A DNA stretch of 64,000 bases from Microthyrium microscopicum (Eukaryota), in contig MU004232.1 in assembly GCA_010405405.1 (NCBI GenBank), positions 1,507,481-1,571,480 of the forward strand, given 5' to 3'. The notes below the pieces were generated by a model that saw nothing but the letters and a program-made list of their open reading frames with translations, ran no database searches and was not told the origin of the DNA. Positions 11,265 through 22,086 of this stretch are shown piece by piece (the first letter of the stretch is position 1; each line of letters begins with the position of its first letter). Position numbers and translations under genes: made by a program.

Positions 11265-12049
11265 CTAAAACTCCGTTCTCATCGCACCTTCCAGCCACGC
11301 AACACCAGCCATAACTCCATCCACAATCCTAACTGCCTTGCCTTCCTTCTCCCCCAACTCTTCGATCGCCGCTTCCCTCACCATCTCATTCATACCACTC
11401 ATACCTGCACAACCTAAACATATCGCGCCCACATCGCCCTTCTTAAGCACTCGTTTCGTCGCATCCATCATCTTCTTACGCACCTCTTCCGGCGGCGCAT
11501 CATGCAATTCAGTCGCATTCAACCCCGTAGTCTCCACCCCAGCAAATCTAGTCGACACAACCTTCACACCTAGAAACGCCTCGACCGCCTCATTGAGAAT
11601 ATCTTCCCAGACTTTGCCCGTGCTAACAATACCAAACTTCTGATGTGGTGCGATGATCTGTAGACTAGTACTGACGCTTGACTCGAAGATGCCAGTCACT
11701 GGTTTTCCGCTTGCTTGGATTGCAGGTTGAGCTTTCAGCCATGGGACGAGCGGGTGTTGGCTATAGCAGGCGGTGAGGAAACCATCGTATTTATCGAGAA
11801 GGGGGAGGAGAGCGGGACCGCAGTGTTTGGCGGATTCGGCGGCGTCGGTTTCGTCGTTGATGGATTTTGGGCCTGAGGGGGCGGTGAAGTAGTCATGTTG
11901 CGTCTGCAATAGATGATGAGTAATGCGCTGTGAAAGTAGTATCTTCATACTTCTGTAAATCCTAAAGCATCAACGAGTGGTTTGAGCGCATCAGTCATGG
12001 ACTTTGTTGAATTGGGGTTGATGACGAGAATACATCGTTTGGGAGTCAT
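11265..12049 (-). CDS. DCG1: Asp/Glu/hydantoin racemase family protein (Dcg1-like); exons 12049-11951, 11903-11265
   Basis: Exon 1 MTPKRCILVINPNSTKSMT; ACYSQHPLV and ICLGCAGM catalytic Cys motifs; intron GTATGA..TTGCAG. Confidence 0.85.
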
Positions 12050-12722
12050 GGTTGTGTATCTGACGGTGACTGAGATTTCTGGTTGTGTTTCCGGGAAAGT
12101 CATCTGCGATGCAAAGAGTTTGAAGATTTGGATTTGGAAAATGAAGTTGTAGTGAAGTTATAAGAACCGTGGTGCTTGATAAGGAAGTTATAGAAAAGTT
12201 CAAAGCGGAGAATACCGACACCGATTTCGGTATGACGCTGTAGCTTTTTTTTGCTCCATGTTCTTGAGAATAAACTACTTATGAAAACCGATTTTTACTG
12301 GCTGGGAAAGAAATTATACGCCTGCTTGTTCGAAAAGGCACCAAAATAAAGCAGTATGCTCGTGTTAACGTTATAGGTTCGGATTACGTTTATCTCTTTT
12401 TTTTTACTTCTTTCTGTCTATTGATTGCTCTTATACATTTAACATAATAAAGCCACATGGAGGGCAAGGTCGTAGTCAATAGTCAGGTACATTTGGTCGA
12501 AGTTACCCAATTTTCCTTGCTCCCCTAACCACATTCTGATATTGAGCGCCACGGCGCATACCGTAGGTTTCGGGAATGATATTTGAGAGTACTAAGATAA
12601 AATGGATTACAATACTTAAGTGGTTAGTTTTCAGGCTATAGATTTACGAGTTCGATAGCTTTGGTTCTTTAGGTATGATGGCAAAAGGGAAGTATAACAG
12701 TCACCACTGTCTCAAAGGAAGT

Positions 12723-12730
12723 AAAAAAAA
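12723..12730 (-). terminator. RNA polymerase III terminator (T8) downstream of tRNA-Val
   Basis: A8 run on + strand, 12 nt 3' of the tRNA discriminator on the minus strand. Confidence 0.75.
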
Positions 12731-12742
12731 GAGTTTTATCTG

Positions 12743-12871
12743 TACGAGAAGGGAGGATTGAACTCTAAAGCCGGTTGAGTCAGCATTTGCTCAGTTCTCT
12801 AATATACGAAGGTAACGTACCCCGACCTTCGCCGTGTAAAGGCGACATCATAACCACTAGACTATTCTCGC
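12743..12871 (-). tRNA. tRNA-Val(UAC) with 56-nt non-canonical intron in the T-stem; exons 12871-12821 and 12764-12743
   Basis: Spliced: GCGAGAA TA GTCT AGTGGTTA TGAT G TCGCC TT TAC AC GGCGA AGGTC GGG^AG TTCAATC CTCCC TTCTCGT A (73 nt); acceptor, anticodon and T stems pair fully; A and B boxes intact. Confidence 0.93.
12765..12820 (-). other. Spliceosomal-type (GT-AG) intron inside tRNA-Val gene
   Basis: GTACGTTACCTTCGTATATTAGAGAACTGAGCAAATGCTGACTCAACCGGCTTTAG: donor GTACGT, branch GCTGAC, acceptor TTTAG. Confidence 0.85.
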
Positions 12872-13627
12872 GCCATGATTGGCTGCTAGACAGCAGCTTT
12901 TTCGATCCAAACTTGTACCACTGAGGGCAAAAGATCAAACCAATATTCCGCGGCTTTTGTCAATATACTTGCTGTTACGCAAGCAGAAAATTTCGGTGTA
13001 CGACGCTACAACATGACCTGGCGATGCTACCGCACACCCATTTGCCTCTATTTTGTCTCGAAAGAAAATACAGAAAGGTACAGAGTTTAGATGTTTAATA
13101 CATGATCCAAAAACTTAACGGCATGAATGTTATTTTCGTTATTTGTCATCGAAATCTAAATGGTTAGGCAGTCTGTCTCGACGTTGACCGCCACCTTCAG
13201 TTGCAGTAATGCAGAAAACGATATGGTACCGAATAAATGTCTCAGTGTATATCTTGTCAGATCCATTGCTAAAAATTCCAATCTACTTCTTCCATATGGC
13301 CAAATTCTTTTGCTCTATAAATTCCAAAGGTGGTCATTAGTAGTAAAGTTGGCGCAAGGCAAGTACGACTAACAGGCAGCTGCAGGATAGCTAGTTTCAG
13401 CCTGATAGTCACCCAAATACCTAGTCCAATCCAGCCTACAAATTATCGATTGGTAATGCACGCCTAATATATTGTCTGGAAACAAACAGTCTATCAACAT
13501 ATGATGCGTATGAGCTATGTATTTCTGTCATCTCAATAATTTCATGATGTAAAACACATTTCTACTGACCAGCCATCAGAAGTATCTAGCCTTCTCTAAT
13601 GTCCGCACAACGCCGCTTGAAAGTAAT

Positions 13628-14093
13628 CTACAACTCATCCTTGCCCGGTGTAACCGTAACCATCTCAGTCTCAAAGACAAGCACCGAGTTGGCAGGGATT
13701 GGACCAACTGCACGCTCACCATATGCCCAGCTTGGCTGGATGGTAAGTGTACGCTTGTCACCGGGGCACATGTCTTCTAGACCCTTGTCCCAGCCTTTGA
13801 TAACTTGTCCACCGCCGAGTGCGAAGGAGAGTGGTTGACCGCGGTCATATGAGGAGTCGAACTTTGTGCCTACAAGGAATTGTGTTAGTATATCATGGGA
13901 GGTATTTGAGAGGGTGGGTGGCAAACGTACCGTCTGTGAGTGTGCCCTTGTAGTGGACGCCGATGGTATCGCCTGCCTTGGACTTGCGATCGCATTCGCC
14001 GGCGTGGGTAATCTTGATGTCGAGGGGCTCGTCGAGAGCGGATACAAATGGGATCGCAACGGCGGCGAGGACTGTGAGGATGGAGAAGCGCAT
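13628..14093 (-). CDS. FPR2: ER FKBP-type peptidyl-prolyl cis-trans isomerase; exons 14093-13931, 13869-13628
   Basis: Signal peptide; [10 protein letters not shown]^[42 protein letters not shown]-terminal KDEL. Confidence 0.95.
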
Positions 14094-14850
14094 ACTGAGA
14101 TGTTGTGGAGATTGAAATGGATGGTGGTTTTGTGATGGATGGAATCGACGAGCGGAGTTATCGTCGTAGAGGATATGTTCTTGATAAAGTGAGATTTGGA
14201 TGTTGTATGATATGTTGTAGTTTCAATAAATTGTACATGAAATATTGAAGACACCTTGACACATTCTCGATGTTTGACACGGGCCACTCAAGTCACGGGA
14301 AACGCACGTTTTAAATAGATTCAACTATAAACAACGCAAGGGCCACCACTAGCGAGGGGTCGGTCACGATGTGATAGGTTGAATGGAGATGCGGCTGGTT
14401 CACGCTTGCTGTGTTTGGCTGGGGCGTTCCTGCCTTTGCTGCAGTCCTTGAGTAGCCTGGTGTTTCCTTCCCTTCTCCAGAATTGCTCCTGCCTCCCCTG
14501 CACAGTCTCCCCGTCAACACCTTCCTCTCCAAATTTCAAATCCTTGGATTTGCTCCCTGTCGTTCTTGCATCTATTCTTTCGTTACTCAGCCCTTTCCAT
14601 CTCTCCAGGTCCAGTTCCAAACATATAACCTCTACCAGGCGTCAACTCAATCACTTCTTCAAGAACATCATACACACTCGAACCGTTTATTCTTCCGTCC
14701 GGCCCCATCATTAACCAGCCTTCCACTCTCCACACCACCACCCCTTTCGTTGCCTCATTCCACCACGCCTTGTCCGGCTCCACGCTCGTCCAAACAGCTT
14801 GTCGGCTGTTCTGATCTTACAAGCAAGACTGTCACCGCCTCGTTGAAACC

Positions 14851-15965
14851 ATGGGGTTCGGCGACTTTCACGACATCTGCGCGCATGCTGCTCTGCCGCT
14901 ATGCAATCTCATCGGACCGCCCAGTCAGATTTCTGGTCATATTGGAATCCAGGCAACCTGCTTCTCGCGATCCGTTGTATTGGCAAATACCCTCATCTTC
15001 CAAGGAGCCACAGACTTTATACATATACTGGCTTTGATAATGGCTTCCATCATGATCATTCACGTGCGATCAAAGTTTACCGCTGTTGGTATGTCGCAGG
15101 ACGCGAATCCATTCCTTTGACTTTGTCCCGCTAACATAATCATAGGCCGAAAGGAAATCACCTTCTTCTTCTACCTATACATGACCCTGACCTGCTTCTC
15201 CCTCGTTCTCGATGCCGGTGTTATTCCTTCCGGTAATGGCGCCTATCCATATTTTGTCGCCGCTCAAAATGGTCTTGCATCGGCGCTCTGCACGAGTCTG
15301 TTGATCAATGGATTTGTCGGCTTCCAATTATATGAGGACGGAACTACACTCTCAGTCTGGCTATTGCGATTCTTTACATCAGTTATGTTCGTCATCTGTG
15401 GCGCCATCTCCCTCTTGACTTTCAAGGGATGGGCCGGCCTAGGACCAGAGAACACAGTCGGAATGTTCGTAGTACTCTACATCTTCAACGGCATCTTTCT
15501 CGCCATCTACGTGGTCATGCAAGTTCTTCTCGTCCTCAATACATTGGAAGACCGCTGGCCAATGGGTGATATTTTGTTTGGTATCTTTTTCTTGATCATT
15601 GGTCAAGTCATCCTCTATGTTTTCAGCGGCAAAATTTGCGAGGCGGCTTCCCATTATCTTGATGGCCTTTTCTTTGCAACCATCTGCAACCTCTTGGCAG
15701 TTATGATGGTCTACAAGGTAAGAATTACCCGGTTCAATATATCATTCATGTCACTAACCTACTATAGTACTGGGATTCCATTACCAAGGAAGATCTGGAA
15801 TTCAGCGTCGGCGTAAAACCAAACAATTGGGAAGTCAAGGAACTGATGCCCGAGGAGGAACGCCGAACTACCTACTACCACAATGACAATGGATCCGAGT
15901 ACTCCAACAGCTTGTACCAACAACCGACTCAAAAACGGAACTCAGGTCATGGCTGGCATTACTAA
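14851..15965 (+). CDS. CHS7: Chitin synthase export chaperone; exons 14851-15088, 15146-15717, 15768-15965
   Basis: [29 protein letters not shown]^[25 protein letters not shown]^[14 protein letters not shown]. Confidence 0.95.
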
Positions 15966-16428
15966 GAGTGTTAAGAAAATGACGAATATTTGCATCAGCA
16001 TGCGTGGCGTTTTGGTTTGGTTTAATTTATAATTGATTTATTCATTTTTGGAGCGACTCCCAAGCGCAAGAGTGGACGTATTGGTTTGAGATTGGGGATT
16101 TTGTATTCTTGATACCTCTGGATTCAGAAGGTTTGGTTGAGAGTGAGCGACACTCTCGAGGATAGTATTATGGACAATCATTACGCAGCGGATACATCAA
16201 TGGTATTACTAGTAGGCTAATGATTAGCATTTCTGGAAAAGGCCAACAGATTTCGGCCAAGGAGAATCCCACCTGATCAAGATTCTCCTGTACATAGTTG
16301 CAATAGAACTAATATCAATTCTCAAAGCAAGATTTGGTACTCATCATCTCGTTATTGTCATTATCTAGCTATCTACAAAAGCAAATGGAAATTCTTTCGC
16401 TCAAAATGCAACGCTACGAAGCTATATA

Positions 16429-17865
16429 CTAACCCAGCAGCTCCAACTCTCGCCTATATGGATCCTCTCGCTTCCAAAATGTTCGTACTTCATAATACAG
16501 CATATCATCAAGAGGAAAGTCCACGGTTCCGTTGGCTTCGTTGGAGTGGTGTCGATATGAAGATTTTTCAAACTTGGCTGGGCCGATCCAGCGGTTTGTT
16601 GTCTTTGAATGCATCGTCATATATACTTCTTTTCGTTCTTCGTCGTTGACAAGCTCACTTTCACCATTCTCATCAGCTTCGTCATCTTCGATCTCATGGA
16701 CCGGTATAACGGGATTTGATACTCTCAACCGCCAATCCCGTACCCGTCCCTCAATGATCTCCTCCAGCTCCTTCCGTCTCCCATTCCTCGTCTGCCACAC
16801 CCATTCCAACGTCTTCACACTCGCCGGAATCCTTAACCTATCCACCCACCCCGCCCGTCCCGTCCTCTCGCCCTCCGTATCCGTCTCCTCATCCTCATCC
16901 TCATCCCGCTCATCCTCATCCTCATCCTCGCCGTCCTCCGACCCCTCACCAATCCGCGGCGCAGTCTCAAAATGCGGCGGCTCATCCTCATCCCACCCCT
17001 TCCAATCCGCATACCGAACCGTCAAAACCAACTCATCAACCCTAACATTTCTCTCCAAACAATGCAACAACCCCAGCAACCCATCACTCTCCACGCTCCA
17101 CATCTGCGCATACACATGCACCTTCGGCATCCAGCCCAGCGGGCATTTATACGGACTGCCATACGTATACAGGCTATGACTACACAGCGCAGTTGCTCGG
17201 TGCGCAGCGGACTTGGCACATACGTCGTTGCAGTCACGTAGATTGCGTGCGTGTGTCAGGGCGACGTGCTCGTTTGGACAGCGTGAGGGGATGCCGAGCC
17301 AGAAGCGGAATGTGGCGTTGCGTTGCGGGATGGGGCGGGCTTCGTGGTGGATGCGTTTGCAGGTTCGGAGGAGGGTGGTGGGGATGTGGGTGGGGGACTT
17401 GTAGGTGGGTTGGTACCAGTGGGCGGAGAGGTCGAAGGGCGTGCGGACGGGTGTTTCGATGAGGATTAGGGAGTAGATTTGGTGGCGGATTTCGGGGGGG
17501 AGGAGGGTGAAGAAGAGGGATTGCGGTTGATGGTTTACGGTCGATGGGTCCAGGTGGTAGCGGCGGAGACGGTTGGGTTTGATGTGGGATGGGATGGTGT
17601 ATGGCTCTTCGGCGGGTGGTGGTGAGGAGGTGGGTATATAGCTGGCGACTTTGGCGAAGGTTGAGGTTGTGGGTGAGGCTCTGGGTGATGTTGGTGTGCT
17701 TGGTGTTGGGGACATTGTGGGAGCTTCGTTGCTTGTGCTTGAACTGGGCTCGATGGTATCGTGTGTTTCGTTCGTCGAAGCACTTTTCGGTCGTCTACTG
17801 AATACTCGTAAAGGCAGCAGTAGGAGTCGAGCTGCTCGAGCTCTTTTCGACTTTTTGGCGGGCAT
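16429..17865 (-). CDS. Hypothetical fungal protein with F-box-like (LPPEIR) N-terminal motif and acidic tract
   Basis: QPQSLFFTLLPPEIRHQIYSLIL..LLRTCKRIHHEA..LTVRYADWKGWDEDEP; long intact ORF with biased codon usage. Confidence 0.7.
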   Translation of the reverse strand: MPAKKSKRARAARLLLLPLRVFSRRPKSASTNETHDTIEPSSSTSNEAPTMSPTPSTPTSPRASPTTSTFAKVASYIPTSSPPPAEEPYTIPSHIKPNRLRRYHLDPSTVNHQPQSLFFTLLPPEIRHQIYSLILIETPVRTPFDLSAHWYQPTYKSPTHIPTTLLRTCKRIHHEARPIPQRNATFRFWLGIPSRCPNEHVALTHARNLRDCNDVCAKSAAHRATALCSHSLYTYGSPYKCPLGWMPKVHVYAQMWSVESDGLLGLLHCLERNVRVDELVLTVRYADWKGWDEDEPPHFETAPRIGEGSEDGEDEDEDERDEDEDEETDTEGERTGRAGWVDRLRIPASVKTLEWVWQTRNGRRKELEEIIEGRVRDWRLRVSNPVIPVHEIEDDEADENGESELVNDEERKEVYMTMHSKTTNRWIGPAKFEKSSYRHHSNEANGTVDFPLDDMLYYEVRTFWKREDPYRRELELLG

Positions 17866-19200
17866 GATGGTGGAGCTTTGTGTATCACGATGGTGTCTCA
17901 AAGCTCAGAGATAAATCTGGCCGCCCTGGGATACTAGTAGTATTTCGTCAACTAGATTAGACTGAGGAGAATCAGACAGTGAACCTCTTGGACGACGGTG
18001 ACAACGCATTGGTGACTGGCACCGGTAGTGACACAAGGCTGAAGGTTGCCTATGTCCCCGCCATGCGAGCCATGAACTATTGGACCTATCATTTGAGACC
18101 GGTCAAGGTTGACTCTTGAGTTCGCGCTGCTAAGCCGCAAATGGCTGGCTGAGACATGAGAAGTCTTTGAACAGAAGCGAGGGCGAAGGTTCTCATTGTA
18201 AATACGAGCGATGAGTTGATGATACAGAACGATGGAGGATGATGGAGGAGGACAACAAGTGGTTCGCGCGTTGTTGAAAATGGGCGAGCACTCTAAGCTT
18301 TCACGGAGGCCGGAAATATCATCATTTTCATTTAGCCTCCTTCACAGCTATATGACATTCAAGGCAATACTCTCTGCCTTTTATTATTCACGCAGAAAGT
18401 TATCCATTCCTGGAGAAAAGAGTTCTGATCGTGCCTGGCGAGCACAGTAAAGGTCTAAAACAGCTACTCTTCCCTCACATGTTCGAGAGCATTTGAAACG
18501 AGAATTCCAGGAATTGAATAAATTGTACGCGAGAAATAAGCATTTAGATAGTGGCATATATCGCCGTAACAATACAGTATTATCAGCAAAAAGGATTTGG
18601 AGTGGATTTATGGTTCCCCTCTTTACAGTCTGGATGGCAGAGTCGCAGACCAGCCACCCCCAACATCACATCATCCAACCAGTCTATCACCATCTCTTCT
18701 TCTTCATCTTGACTTCCTCCTCACGTTTCGTCTGATTGCTCTTCTAGTTTTTAGCAATCCACCTGGTAACGCGATACATATCAGGAGCATTCCCCGTAGC
18801 CTTACGTTGCAGTGCTGTCTACGCTTTGCGAGCAACTCCTCACATTGTGACTTTGAAGGTCTAGTTACTCTATCCCATTGGGCCATTACCCAGTCGAGTA
18901 ATACCAACAACCAGAAAACGAGTTAGTACATTCCTTCCTACTGTTTTTGTCAGTTCTGCCACCAGTTCCTGCCTTGATGAGCTTACTTTCATGGAAGCCA
19001 AGTTGTCTTGGTATCCATCGATTCGTGCAATGCAATGGGACCCAAGCAATTCCATCATCCTCTTCCCACCCACATACATGTGCAGCAGTTATATACACTA
19101 TCAATTATTTCCAGCTATATCTCTAGACTTTGGCTTGAACGAAACCTTTCCTCCTTATTAGAAATTGAGACTGTTTTCTCAAATACTAATACTAATTCAA

Positions 19201-21457
19201 ATGACTAGATTTGCAATTCTCATTGCTTTGCTATCGTCAATCATGACTATTCGAGCTGCTCACTTTACTCCCGAAGTCCTTCTTGAAGCTCCTCGTCGCT
19301 CAGAAGCCACTCCGAATAGCAAGGGATCACTAGCCTTGTTCTCTGTGTCCACATACTCGTTTTCTGAACATAAGCGACAGTCAGAGCTCAGAGTACTCGA
19401 TATCTCACGAAATGAGTCAAAGCTGGTGACTGACTCAGAAGATGCATCCAATCCCAAGTTCCTTGATGATAACCTCATTACTGTGCTGGAATCCAAGGAT
19501 GGTGCTACTAATGTCTTGATTGGCGATGTCAATGACTTCAAGAAAACGTATAGTTTTGCGCCTTATGTAGTTTGTTAGACACAACAGAGCTAATCATATG
19601 ACAGGAATTACACGGCTGGAACTATCGATGGGTCTGTGGATGACTGGAAGATCAAAGACGTTGGCAAGGGTAAATACCTGATCGCCATAGCCGCATCAAC
19701 TCAGCCTGATGGAACACTGTACAATTCGGAAAAAGCAAAAAAGCCAGTAACTACTGGGAGAATTTACAATAGCACTTTTGTACGACACTGGGATACCTGG
19801 GTGACTGCAAATAAGAATTCTATCTGGGTCGGGACGCTTTCGAAAGACTCAAAGACAAGCAAATTTGCTTTGGGTCATTTTGAAAACAAGCTCAAGGACT
19901 CTGGACTGGAGAGTCCAATTCCTCCATTTGGTGGAGCTGGTGATTTTGATATCACTGACACCAACCTTGCCTTTGTAGCAAAAGATCCAAAGTTAAACCC
20001 GGCTTTCAATACGAAACAGAATCTGTACGTGATCAAACTGGATAACGGCTCTTCACCAAAGAAGATTGATATTCCTGGTTTTGAAGGAGCAACTTCCAAT
20101 CCAAACTTCTCTCCTGATGGAAAGAAGCTTGCATTTTTGTCTATGGTACAAAATGGCTATGAAGCCGACAAGAACCAAATCTTCCTCTTGGATGTAGAAC
20201 AGTCGGACCCACCAAAAGGCCTCTTCACTACCCCCGATAACAAAGGCACATGGGATCGCAGTCCTAGCTCAATCACCTGGAGTAACGACCAAAAGAACCT
20301 CTACGTGACAGCTGAAGAAAACGCCCGCGTCAAACTCTTCTCAATCCCACTCGCTGCCAACTCAACCAACAGCTCTTTCCCAAAAGCTGTGTTCGACGAA
20401 GGCAGTGTCGCGAGCACCACATTCCTAGACTCTGGTCTCTTCATCTCCTCCTCCAGCCTCATTGACAACAGCGCCTACCACCTTGTCCCCTCCTCTGGTG
20501 CTCCAAAACTTCTCTCATCCTCCTCCCGCTCAGGCAGCTCGTTTGGCCTCTCTCGCTCACAAGTTAGCGAGATTCATTTCCCGGGCGCCAAACCCGGCAC
20601 TACCATCCAAGCCTGGTTAATCAAACCTAGCTTCTTTGACGATTCCAAGAAGTATCCGCTTGCCTACCTCGTCCATGGAGGTCCACAGGGCGCGTGGGAA
20701 GACTCGTGGAGCACGCGCTGGAATCCAGCCGTCTTTGCGGAGCAGGGCTACGTAGTGGTCACGCCGAATCCTACCGGAAGCACAGGTTTCGGCCAGGAAC
20801 TGACAGATGCGATTGGTGGTGAGTGGGGTGGTCTGCCATATCAAGATCTGGTCAATGGATTTGACTATGTTGAGAAGAACTTGAGCTACGTCGATACGGA
20901 TAGGGCAGTGGCGTTGGGTGCGAGCTATGGTGGATACATGATGAACTGGATTCAAGGAAATGATCTAGGGCGCAAATTCAAGGCGCTGGTTACTCATGAT
21001 GGCGTATTTAGTATTCCGGGGCAGCTGGGTACTGAAGAGGTAAGATATTCTCCCAGGATGTGATATGTAAAGTATGTTTTGCTAATGAACATAGATATAT
21101 TTCCCCAACCGCGAGTTTGGTGGTCCATTTTGGGAAAACAAGGATGCTTGGAACAAGTGGGATCCAGCACAAAAGACTGAGAACTGGGCTACGCCACACC
21201 TCATTATTCACAGTGAGAAGGACTTTCGGCTGACGATTGCGGAGGGTCTGGCAGCTTTCAATGTGCTGCAGGAGAAGGGTGTTGAGAGCCAGTTCTTGAC
21301 GTTCCCGGATGAGAATCATTGGGTACTGAAGCCAGAGAACAGTCTGTTGTGGCATACGGTGGTGCTGGACTTTATCAATCGGAAAGTAGGACTGAAAGCC
21401 TATAGTGAGCAGAGCGAGACGGCGAAAGCGCTCAAGGAGTCGGCTCTGAGTGGCTAG
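19201..21457 (+). CDS. DPP5: Secreted dipeptidyl-peptidase V (peptidase S9); introns about 19548-19604 and 21040-21094
   Basis: Signal peptide; FVRHWDTW, HGGPQGAW, WSTRWNP, GASYGG nucleophile, FPDENHWVLKPENS. Confidence 0.93.
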
Positions 21458-21762
21458 GTTAATTCGCAGTGCTCCTGTTGATACCACAGCTCATATAGCA
21501 CAAAAGAAAGAAAAAATCAACATCGTTCCTATGGCTCGTACGCTCCCTTTTCTCACTTACAATAAGTTGAAAGCTGACATCAACCAACGAATTGAAGTTA
21601 AGTCATTCACATCTGAAAGAGAATTGTTTGGACTGCAGTCTTTTTGAATTTATATATACAAATACTATAACACAGTACACTATGAAGTCAAGAATGATAA
21701 GCGCTGGACACTGTTTCAATGGTTCTTCAGAAGATTAAGACCTTCTGGACTCTGCGAGTGAT

Positions 21763-22086
21763 CTAGCAGTAGCTGTTTTATCACGTTAGCACTAAGGTTC
21801 TTTCTTCTCATGTTTGATAACGTACTGGTTCCATTCACGGCGCTCGTGGCATCGGTCGTGATAGCGAATGCAGTCATCGTGCTCGCGGTGCTCTCGGCGG
21901 AATCCGTGGTCGTCGCACCAGTGCTGAGTTGCTTCAGTGGCTTGAGAAACACCAGTGGCAGCGTCAGTTGGGGCAGCTGCGGCCATGGCGCTGTATGTAT
22001 GAGTTAGTTATTGCAGACTGCGAAGGTTGAAATAGTGATACGTACACAATGCTGGCGAGAGCAAAAAAGACCGAGGAGAATTGCAT
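21763..22086 (-). CDS. 71-aa small secreted His/Arg/acid-rich, 4-Cys peptide; exons 22086-22046, 21990-21826, 21772-21763
   Basis: Two GTACGT..CTAAC..CAG introns give MQFSSVFFALASIVAMAAAAPTDAATGVSQATEATQHWCDDHGFRREHREHDDCIRYHDRCHERREWNHYC*; TATAAA near 22205-22210 on minus strand. Confidence 0.75.

Noticed and set aside
12765..12820. Canonical endonuclease-spliced tRNA intron or transposon footprint
   Set aside because: Not at position 37/38 (anticodon loop is intact); no bulge-helix-bulge, TIR or TSD seen; ends match spliceosomal signals instead
13628..14287. 219-aa ORF as the FKBP gene
   Set aside because: Its N-terminal part is UTR, out-of-frame exon 1 and intron read-through; the real gene starts at 14093
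16532..17914. Multiple overlapping antisense/alternate-frame ORFs
   Set aside because: Shadows of the low-complexity, codon-biased gene on the minus strand
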